This document shows, one piece after another, positions 37,643 through 45,161 of a stretch of 64,000 bases of DNA. Source of the DNA: Desulfocapsaceae bacterium. GTDB lineage: Bacteria; Desulfobacterota; Desulfobulbia; Desulfobulbales; Desulfocapsaceae. The stretch spans positions 3,206 to 67,205 of the forward strand of contig JBNKKR010000004.1 in assembly GCA_050291935.1 (NCBI GenBank), written 5' to 3'. The stretch's first letter is position 1, and every line of letters starts with the position of its first letter. The notes beneath the pieces were generated by a model that saw only the letters and a program-made list of their open reading frames with translations, was not told the origin of the DNA and did no database searches. The position numbers were made by a program, and so were the translations under genes.

Positions 37643-39535
37643 TTACCCCCTTACTTTTCTATTCCAAACATCCAAAGATACAATTTTTAACAGAATTCTA
37701 ATGTCAACGAAGCTGAAGCGAGTAGATTCCCGAAAAAATGAGTCGCATGCTTGCTGGGAAAATTTCCTATTTACATAATCATACGTTTCCTTGGATATGT
37801 TGTCAATGCTAAACTGTAACCATTCCTTTGCGGCTGTTGAAAATACGTGATTTATATTAGCATCGAAATACGTTTTTGATTTTCGCTTAGAGATTTTTTC
37901 AGGAAAGATTGACCGTAAAGCATTCCGTAGAATATTTCTATTGTAACCCTTATGCCTCTTATGCTGAGTCGGTAGGGCTAAGCAAAATTCTATGAGTCGT
38001 TTATCGAAGAAGGGATATCTGCCTATTAAATTCTGCCTTTTATTTTGTCGTTCAAATAATTCAAGATGAAGAGGGCGTAATGGTTGCTTGACTAAAAGGT
38101 GATGATGAATTTTTTCTGTTTGAGCAGGGTGATAGCGAGTATGAAAGAAAGAAAGTAATCGTTCCCGCATATCACTATTCTGTAAAAATGAGGGATTTAG
38201 TATATCCGTCATTTTTTGAATATCTTTTTTATGATAAAAAGAAGGAAATAATTGGCCATAGTCATAGCTTATCCGTTGCCGAGCAATATATGCAAATAAT
38301 TTCAACGCCTTTTTTAGGCTTTGTGTATTACCAGTGGCGTAGCATTCTTGTAACAGGCGTAGCCATCTGCCACGAATAAATAAATCATTATACAAACCTT
38401 CACCATGGGAAACTGCAGAATCCCCATCATGTCCATCCAGAATAACACGGATACCTTTTTTTTCTGCAATTCCCATAAGATTCCATACCATAAAGAAATG
38501 AGGTGCAAAGAATGGCTCGTCTTCTGTGTTGGCGACTTGTTCAAAAGCTTTACCCGGGTGAATTGTATCCGCTTCGATAAAGTTTGGCGAAATGTTATAT
38601 CTTGCAAGTGTGCTGTTAAAAAAATGACGCTCATCGCATTCTGTTACTGTATTAAAAATTCCAGAGAAGGAATGCAATGTCCCGGGATAGCAGTTTTGCA
38701 AAGGACCTGCTGCCATACAGACAATGGAAGACGAGTCAAGACCGCCACTAAGGTAGGAGCCTATTGGAAAGGCTGTGCGCAACCTGCAGCGGACGGATTC
38801 TTTAAAAATGGAGTAAAAAGCTTCTCTATATTCACTATCTTTTTTACAGAAGAGTGTCGTTGCATGGGGCTCCCAGAATTTTTCGATAAGGCTATTGTCT
38901 CTGGTAATTTTGAAATAATGGCCCGGAGGAAGACGAAATAGAGTCGTATAAAAGGTGCTTTCTTCATCAGTAACTTCACATGTAAGAAACTCGGCTATCC
39001 TGGTGGTATTGATTATGGAGGTGTCTTTAAGGGGAAGACAACGAATCCCTTTTATCTCAGAAGCAAAAACAAAAATATCATCGGAAAGATAATAGTAGAA
39101 GGGCATAACGCCCATATGATCCCTCGCACAAAAGAGAGATTGGGCAGCAGCATCCCAAATAACAAAGGCAAAATCACCTAGAAGATGATATACGCAATCA
39201 TGGCCCCATTTTTCGTAAGCCGCAAGGATAAGTTCGCTATCCGTTGTTTGGGAAAGGGGTTTTGACCATCCAACTGAATCTCGTAATTCTTCCCGGTTAT
39301 CTATTCGCCCCTGCCAGGTAATGGTTCGCCTGGATCTCTGATTTTGGGCAGGGAGTTTTTCAAAAAGAGATTCCGGGGTGTCATGAAGAGCACAATGCAA
39401 TAGGCCGATATTGGAATCAGAAAAATAATTGATACCGTCCGGCCCCCGATGGGCCAAGGCTGTCCCCATTGCTTGTAACTGAGTTGGTTCAACAGGTGCG
39501 CCGTTGCGATGGAAGATTCCGCCTATTCCACTCAT
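37643..39535 (-). CDS. lasso peptide isopeptide bond-forming cyclase (asparagine synthetase B homolog)
   Basis: 630 aa. The N-terminus MSGIGGIF lacks the Cys2 glutaminase nucleophile of true AsnB. PP-loop SYLSGGLDSSSIV is retained. Flanked by a PqqD-like gene and the precursor. Confidence 0.85.
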   Translation of the reverse strand: MSGIGGIFHRNGAPVEPTQLQAMGTALAHRGPDGINYFSDSNIGLLHCALHDTPESLFEKLPAQNQRSRRTITWQGRIDNREELRDSVGWSKPLSQTTDSELILAAYEKWGHDCVYHLLGDFAFVIWDAAAQSLFCARDHMGVMPFYYYLSDDIFVFASEIKGIRCLPLKDTSIINTTRIAEFLTCEVTDEESTFYTTLFRLPPGHYFKITRDNSLIEKFWEPHATTLFCKKDSEYREAFYSIFKESVRCRLRTAFPIGSYLSGGLDSSSIVCMAAGPLQNCYPGTLHSFSGIFNTVTECDERHFFNSTLARYNISPNFIEADTIHPGKAFEQVANTEDEPFFAPHFFMVWNLMGIAEKKGIRVILDGHDGDSAVSHGEGLYNDLFIRGRWLRLLQECYATGNTQSLKKALKLFAYIARQRISYDYGQLFPSFYHKKDIQKMTDILNPSFLQNSDMRERLLSFFHTRYHPAQTEKIHHHLLVKQPLRPLHLELFERQNKRQNLIGRYPFFDKRLIEFCLALPTQHKRHKGYNRNILRNALRSIFPEKISKRKSKTYFDANINHVFSTAAKEWLQFSIDNISKETYDYVNRKFSQQACDSFFRESTRFSFVDIRILLKIVSLDVWNRKVRG

Positions 39536-39846
39536 TGTGCTTGAATAGTAATAAATTCTTTATCCGCAAGTTGTTGTAAAAAGCTAAGGATATCCGGAGT
39601 ACATTCTTCATCTGTTGTATCAAATCTATCAGTTACCTTTGTGATAAGTTGAGCTAATGTAACGTCCTCTTGCAAAAGTTCCCAAATAAGTGAAGCAACT
39701 GGGTTCAATTGACTGTATACTCCGTCAACCATATCAAGAATGATGGTTTCCATATCAATCTGCGTGGACAATTTGTCGTCTTTCCTGCAGAAGGTGGCTT
39801 GGGAGAGTTTGGCATTTTTGGGGGAAAAGAACGTTGCGTAATCCAT
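39532..39846 (-). CDS. PqqD-family RiPP recognition element protein (lasso B1)
   Basis: 104 aa. ...ILDMVDGVYSQLNPVASLIWELLQEDVTLAQLITKVTDRFDTTDEECTPDILSFLQQLADKEFI matches PqqD-like winged-helix proteins. 4-nt overlap with the cyclase gene. Confidence 0.8.
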   Translation of the reverse strand: MDYATFFSPKNAKLSQATFCRKDDKLSTQIDMETIILDMVDGVYSQLNPVASLIWELLQEDVTLAQLITKVTDRFDTTDEECTPDILSFLQQLADKEFITIQAQ

Positions 39847-39882
39847 AACGTTTTTGCTCGTTTTTTTTGTATTTTTGTAGTG

Positions 39883-40713
39883 CTAAAAGTGAAGAAGAGA
39901 CCCTTCTCGTTTTGCAATTCGTATCCCTTGGTATATTGATACTATACCAATACCTAGTGATATTATCGAGAGAATTAAAAGGATAGATAACTGTATGCGT
40001 ACCCCCATAAGATCCGAACCATTGAGGAGAATTTGCCGGAGCGCTTCCAGTCCGTGGGTTATGGGAAAGAAAACAGAAAAAGGTTTGATCCATTGGGGTA
40101 GAACGCTTACCGGATACATAACGCCGCCCAACAGTCCTGATATTGTGGTCATCAGGATTCCTATTGGATTTCCCTGCTTAAAGACAATAATAAAAGATGC
40201 CGAGAGCAGGCCAAGGCCAAAAAAAGGCAAAAGAGTAAGGGTGAAAGCAACCAGGAGTGCTCCAATATTTACAGGATGGATCTGCATATCAAAGAGAAAA
40301 ATACCCACTACAAAATAGCTAATGGTTCTAAAACTGGTTGAAAAGAGTTTGTACACATAGGAAGAAAGCAAAATCGTAATGATAGAAGTGGGAGTGACTA
40401 GCAGTGATTCCAGGGTGCCGAGGACTTGTGAAGACCTGATCTCATTGGCAAAGGTGTTGGTGGAAATGGTGAAATAATCCGCCAGTGCGATACCTATTAA
40501 TACAAAGGAAAAGTAATCTCCGCCGTAAGGCTCAAGCTGCGCTATTTCGTTGCCAGCAAAGAGTTTTGCAAGAAGGAAAAAGGAAAACGTAGTGAGAATA
40601 ATACCAAATCCTTGGGTGACATAGTGCAGGCGATAGCTTGTCGCAGTTTTAAAATCACGAATGAAAAAGGCCGCGGGTTTTGCCACTATTTGCTGCACTT
40701 TTATACTGTTCAT
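39883..40713 (-). CDS. ABC-2 type transporter permease
   Basis: 276 aa with six predicted TM segments. 4-nt overlap with the upstream ABC ATPase gene. Confidence 0.8.
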   Translation of the reverse strand: MNSIKVQQIVAKPAAFFIRDFKTATSYRLHYVTQGFGIILTTFSFFLLAKLFAGNEIAQLEPYGGDYFSFVLIGIALADYFTISTNTFANEIRSSQVLGTLESLLVTPTSIITILLSSYVYKLFSTSFRTISYFVVGIFLFDMQIHPVNIGALLVAFTLTLLPFFGLGLLSASFIIVFKQGNPIGILMTTISGLLGGVMYPVSVLPQWIKPFSVFFPITHGLEALRQILLNGSDLMGVRIQLSILLILSIISLGIGIVSIYQGIRIAKREGSLLHF

Positions 40714-41504
40714 TGTGGGGATAGGGAGGAAGATGGATGTGGTGCAGTGATGAGGTCTATAAAACTTTGCTCAATGGAGCTGCAGTCGGCAATACCTTGA
40801 AAGGTGCCATTATACAAAAGATTTCCTCCATTGAGGATGGTTACAGAATCACATATTTCTTCCGCTTCATGTAAGTTATGGGTGCACCAAATAACAGTTC
40901 TCTGCTTCTTTTTTACCAGAGTTTCCTTTGTGAACTTGAGCAGTTTTTTACAGGCGATAGGGTCAAGGCTGGTAGTTGCCTCATCCATAAGTAAAATTTC
41001 AGGATTTGCCAGTAATGCCCTTGCAATGGCTAAGCGTTGCTTTTGACCTGCGGAATAGGACATAAATTTAAACTCTGCTTTTTCCTCCATATCGGTGAGT
41101 TGTAGTACATCATGAATGCGTTCTTTTTGTAACTTACCGGAAATATTATAAAGGGTTGCAAAAAAAGAGAGATTCTCTCGTCCACTAAGACGCCAATAGA
41201 ATGTCCGATCGTTGGTGTTGACCATGCCTATTTTTGATTTTATGGCCATTGCTTGTGAGTGAAGACAGAGTCCGGCAATGCTCCCTGTTCCCTCATCTGG
41301 GGTGACTAATGTGGAGAGAATTTTTATCAAGGTTGTTTTGCCAGCACCATTGGGCCCCAGTAAACCCATTATCTCCCCTTGATGGACAGTGAGTGAAACA
41401 TGGCTGAGGGCAATTGTTTTTCTGGGGGGGCGAAAGAAGAAGGTTTTCCAATTTCGTTCGGTAAAGCTTTTGGAAATATTGTTTAGGGTTATGATTGGAA
41501 CCAT
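40710..41504 (-). CDS. ABC transporter ATP-binding protein
   Basis: Walker A GPNGAGKTT, signature YSAGQKQRL, Walker B ILLMDEATTSLD. Confidence 0.9.
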   Translation of the reverse strand: MVPIITLNNISKSFTERNWKTFFFRPPRKTIALSHVSLTVHQGEIMGLLGPNGAGKTTLIKILSTLVTPDEGTGSIAGLCLHSQAMAIKSKIGMVNTNDRTFYWRLSGRENLSFFATLYNISGKLQKERIHDVLQLTDMEEKAEFKFMSYSAGQKQRLAIARALLANPEILLMDEATTSLDPIACKKLLKFTKETLVKKKQRTVIWCTHNLHEAEEICDSVTILNGGNLLYNGTFQGIADCSSIEQSFIDLITAPHPSSSLSPQ

Positions 41505-41552
41505 TTACTCTTTGAAGACCAATGAAGGAGCAGAGCTTTTATCGCGCGTGCG

Positions 41553-42158
41553 TTACTTGAAAATGATGCCACGCTCTCGAAGCTCATATATGATATCATT
41601 TACACAGTCTCGTAAAAGACGACTCCCGGTGTCCAGCTCAATATCAGGATTTTCAGGTGCTTCATAGGGGGAAGATATTCCGGTATAATTTTTTATTTTT
41701 CCCTCTCTTGCCTTTTTGTACAATCCTTTCACATCGCGTTGTTCGCAAATTTCTAAAGGGCAATTGCAGTACACTTCAAGTATATTTTCCGGGCCTATAA
41801 TGTTCTTAACCCTTTCCCGGTCAACTTTCAGCGGAGAAATAAAAGCGGTGAGAGAAATAACACCACAATCAAGGAATAAGCCAACCATCTCTGCTATTCT
41901 TCTCATATTTTCGCTACGGTCTTCCATGGAAAAGCCAAGATCACCGCAAAGGCCGTGGCGCACATTATCCCCGTCAAATACATAGGTTCGGCATCCCATC
42001 AAGTGCAGACGTTGTTCAACGGCATGGGCAAGGGTTGATTTTCCTGATCCTGAAAGGCCGGTGAACCAGAGATTAATACTCAGATGTCCATTTTGGGTTT
42101 CACGTCTTGGCCTGGTGACAGCCGCTTGCTGTCTGATAACATTGGGTGATGTAGCCAT
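41553..42158 (-). CDS. cysC: adenylyl-sulfate (APS) kinase
   Basis: 201 aa. WFTGLSGSGKSTLA P-loop, FDGDNVRHGL, and ISPLKVDRE motifs. Confidence 0.9.
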   Translation of the reverse strand: MATSPNVIRQQAAVTRPRRETQNGHLSINLWFTGLSGSGKSTLAHAVEQRLHLMGCRTYVFDGDNVRHGLCGDLGFSMEDRSENMRRIAEMVGLFLDCGVISLTAFISPLKVDRERVKNIIGPENILEVYCNCPLEICEQRDVKGLYKKAREGKIKNYTGISSPYEAPENPDIELDTGSRLLRDCVNDIIYELRERGIIFK

Positions 42159-42159
42159 G

Positions 42160-43026
42160 TTAACAGAGAAGCTCTTTAAGGTAGGGAAGCAGGGTATCTT
42201 TTATCTCTGGATGCTCTAAAGCGAAAGCAAGGTTAGCCATTTGAAATCCTGCCTTATCGCCACAGTCAAATCGGGTTCCTGAAAAACGATAGCCGAAAAT
42301 CGGTTGTTCTGTGAGCAGTTGGGACATTGCATCGGTGAGTTGTATCTCCCCACCTGCTCCGGTTGCTTGTCCTCCCAGTATTTCAAAAATACGTGGAGTA
42401 AGAATATAACGACCAATGACCGCCAAGTTTGATGGCGCCTTATCGGAAGGTGGCTTTTCAATCATACCACGAATGCGGAACGTTTCATCACATGGAGTAT
42501 CCGCATCAAGAATGCCATATCGTGAAGTTTCTTCCTGAGGTACCTCAATTGCAGCAACGGTTGAAGCTCGAATTCTATCGAATTCCTGTATCATCTGATA
42601 AAGAACCGGAATATCACTTTTTATCAGATCATCAGCAAGGAGTACGGCAAAAGGTTCGTCACCAACGATATCTCTTGCGCACCAGATTGCATGGCCTAAT
42701 CCAAGGGGTTCACTTTGTCTTGTGTATATTATTGTCCCTGATTTGGGGACCAATGATTCAATCTCTTTAAGGAGTTCAAATTTTTCGCGTTGTCTGAGAG
42801 TTTCTTCTAATTGGAAAGACCTGTCAAAGTGGTTTTCCAAGGCACTTTTTCCTCCTCCAGTAACAAAAATAAGGTGCTCTATTCCAGATGCAAGTGCTTC
42901 TTCAACGGCATATTGAATAAGTGGCTTGTCCACCACTGGTAACATCTCTTTGGGCATGGCTTTGGTGGCTGGAAGAAATCTCGTTCCAAGCCCTGCCACA
43001 GGAAAAATCGCTTTTTTAATTTTCAT
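42160..43026 (-). CDS. galU: UTP--glucose-1-phosphate uridylyltransferase
   Basis: KKAIFPVAGLGTRFLPATKAMPKEMLPVVDKPLIQY is the canonical GalU N-terminus. Confidence 0.95.
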   Translation of the reverse strand: MKIKKAIFPVAGLGTRFLPATKAMPKEMLPVVDKPLIQYAVEEALASGIEHLIFVTGGGKSALENHFDRSFQLEETLRQREKFELLKEIESLVPKSGTIIYTRQSEPLGLGHAIWCARDIVGDEPFAVLLADDLIKSDIPVLYQMIQEFDRIRASTVAAIEVPQEETSRYGILDADTPCDETFRIRGMIEKPPSDKAPSNLAVIGRYILTPRIFEILGGQATGAGGEIQLTDAMSQLLTEQPIFGYRFSGTRFDCGDKAGFQMANLAFALEHPEIKDTLLPYLKELLC

Positions 43027-43247
43027 GGGAACTCTTTGGTTGATGAATCACGTTTTGAAGACGTTTCAGGTTGTTTCAAAAAGCATTACAGCTCCATGAT
43101 AGTGAAAATTGGATAAACAATCCACCATAAAATATTTTGAATGCTAAAGGGAGCGATCAAAAAAATACCTTGCACCTTTTTGGCAACTTACGGTTTAATT
43201 ACGTGAGACCGTATACTCTTTTTCTCCTTTTTTCAGGAAAGCAAACT

Positions 43248-43922
43248 ATGAAATATATGTTTACCATTTTTGGTCTTGTTCTTATGACCAGTCTCTTGAC
43301 CTTGTATTACTTGTGGCCTGATAGTGGTGGTGCAAGTAAACCGAGCACTGAGCAAAATGGACAGGAATCGCCTGCAAGTTACCATCTTATTGGCCAGAAA
43401 GCTCGGGAGGCAGCGAGCTTGAACAGACAAATTCTTGTTCAAGAGGCACAACGGATTGGAATTGATAAAGAAGAGAGTTTTAGAAAATCATTGAAGGAAT
43501 ATTATGAACAATCGTTGGTGAGAGTGTTGATGGATAGAAAGCTTGCTGAGACTAGTGTTACTGTAAGCGAAGAAGATATTGACAGCTATCTTGGGAAGTT
43601 TGGTTCTATTTTTACCTTTACCCGTTTTCCAGTGATAAACGGAAAAATTCAGCAGGAGAGTGGAAATCAAAGCACTGTTCTTTTTGATGAGCTTTCTTCC
43701 ACATTACAACTTTTATTGGCCGGACTTGAACTGGGGGAAAGTGCAAGTCAATACGAGACAGGGACTGAAATCAGTGTAATTCGTTTAGATGCAGTTCGTC
43801 CATCTTCGGTGGTTGTGGCTACTGATCTTGATAGAAATCAAATACGTGAGCAGCTTGCAAATTACAAAAGGAGTCAACAGATCGATCTTTGGATTCATAT
43901 GTTGCGAGAAAGCAGTCATTAA
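43248..43922 (+). CDS. SurA N-terminal-domain-like chaperone protein (no rotamase domain), membrane-anchored
   Basis: Start MKYMFTIFGLVLMTSLLTLYYLW (signal/anchor) with AGGA upstream. ...NRQILVQEAQRIGIDKEESFRKSLKEYYEQSLVRVLMDRKL... resembles the SurA_N/EpsD-like N-domain. Weak call. Confidence 0.45.
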   Translation: MKYMFTIFGLVLMTSLLTLYYLWPDSGGASKPSTEQNGQESPASYHLIGQKAREAASLNRQILVQEAQRIGIDKEESFRKSLKEYYEQSLVRVLMDRKLAETSVTVSEEDIDSYLGKFGSIFTFTRFPVINGKIQQESGNQSTVLFDELSSTLQLLLAGLELGESASQYETGTEISVIRLDAVRPSSVVVATDLDRNQIREQLANYKRSQQIDLWIHMLRESSH

Positions 43923-43999
43923 TATGTTTGGTGGTTGTGGCCGTGGAGTGAAAGTGTAATACGGTAAAGAGGAATCAGTAGAGGACGGGAAAAAGAGAA

Positions 44000-44605
44000 A
44001 TGGCAGAGAAAGGGTATAAACGTAAAAACTATTTTATCAAAAAGAATTTTCAAGGAAAATTAATCCTTGGCTATTTTCTGTTTTTGGTTGTTGGTTGCCT
44101 GCTCTTTATTCTGGCACTGTCATTTTTGGCAGCAGATAGTATGACGGTGACCTATAGCAATAACAATTTGCAAATTGGCCAGACCCCTTTGATGTTGTTT
44201 AAGGAGTTAGTTACAGCAAATTGGATTGTTATAGTTGTTGGTGCGGCTTTGGTCGTTGCCATTGCCACACGAATAACCCATCGTATGGCAGGGCCCATGT
44301 TTAATCTGGAGCGCTCACTTGATGCTATGATTGATGGCAAACTCAACAAGACAATCTATTTACGAAAAAAAGATGAAGGAAAGGAATTGGCCGCAAAAAT
44401 CAATCAATTTAATGCGGAACTAAGCACTGATATAAAAAGTATAAAGAAACGTTCAAAAAATATTGAGGAGTTATTGTCAAGCTGGGCTGTTCAAGATCCA
44501 ACAAAGAGAAGGCAGGACGACCTGGACTCGATTCATGCATCAATTGCAAAACAGAATGGTATTATTGGTGAAATAGTTAGCAGGTACAAGTTGCTAGATG
44601 ATTAA
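44000..44605 (+). CDS. two-TM membrane protein with a HAMP-like linker and coiled-coil tail (function unknown)
   Basis: 201 aa. KRKNYFIKKNFQGK, then TM1, a short loop and TM2, then RITHRMAGPMFNLERSLDAMIDGKL (HAMP-like). 8-nt overlap with the next gene. Confidence 0.5.
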   Translation: MAEKGYKRKNYFIKKNFQGKLILGYFLFLVVGCLLFILALSFLAADSMTVTYSNNNLQIGQTPLMLFKELVTANWIVIVVGAALVVAIATRITHRMAGPMFNLERSLDAMIDGKLNKTIYLRKKDEGKELAAKINQFNAELSTDIKSIKKRSKNIEELLSSWAVQDPTKRRQDDLDSIHASIAKQNGIIGEIVSRYKLLDD

Positions 44606-45137
44606 ATATTTGTTGACAGTGTTCTTCTTGTTGCTCTCATGCGTTTTGTTCGGCGTTACGGAAACTGCCCAGGCACAGGAGCAAAAGAGCAAATATGTAA
44701 CGCTGTGGTATTCAAATAGGGAGGTGTTACAGGAGTTTAATGATAATTTGCAACTTAATCGAAAGCTACATTATGCCATGCGTAAAAATGTGGTTACGGT
44801 GGCAGATGAGGTGTTGGCAAAACTTGATATTATCGTAGAAAAAGTCCAAATTGTCCTTGATATGTTTCCTGAATATTATCATGTTCGGGTGGCAGTTCTA
44901 CCAGATAACGACGATGTGGCACGAATCTATAAAAAGCGATATGGAAAACGGGTAAATCATATCGCCTACTATTCCCTTTCTGAAAAAACCATTTATATTT
45001 CAGCAGATGATACAAGACTTCGGGTTGTGGCCCATGAAGTTGGGCACTCCGTGGTCGATCACTATTTTAAAGTGCGTCCGCCTTATAACATTCACGAGTT
45101 GATGGCCCAGTTCGCCGAAAAGCATGTAACGGATTAG
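44598..45137 (+). CDS. secreted small protein with an HExxH zinc-metallopeptidase motif (function unknown)
   Basis: Signal peptide MIKYLLTVFFLLLSCVLFGVTETAQA. VAHEVGHSVVDHYFKVRPPYNIHELMAQFAE gives HExxH plus a downstream Glu (gluzincin-like arrangement). Confidence 0.5.
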   Translation: MIKYLLTVFFLLLSCVLFGVTETAQAQEQKSKYVTLWYSNREVLQEFNDNLQLNRKLHYAMRKNVVTVADEVLAKLDIIVEKVQIVLDMFPEYYHVRVAVLPDNDDVARIYKKRYGKRVNHIAYYSLSEKTIYISADDTRLRVVAHEVGHSVVDHYFKVRPPYNIHELMAQFAEKHVTD

Positions 45138-45161
45138 GGGTTAAGTGGGCAAGATTTGTTT

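Noticed and set aside
38405-38941. 178-aa plus-strand ORF, considered as a possible hidden leader peptidase
   Set aside because: It is entirely antisense to the cyclase gene, is Cys/Lys-rich and low-complexity, and has no Cys-His-Asp transglutaminase-like pattern.
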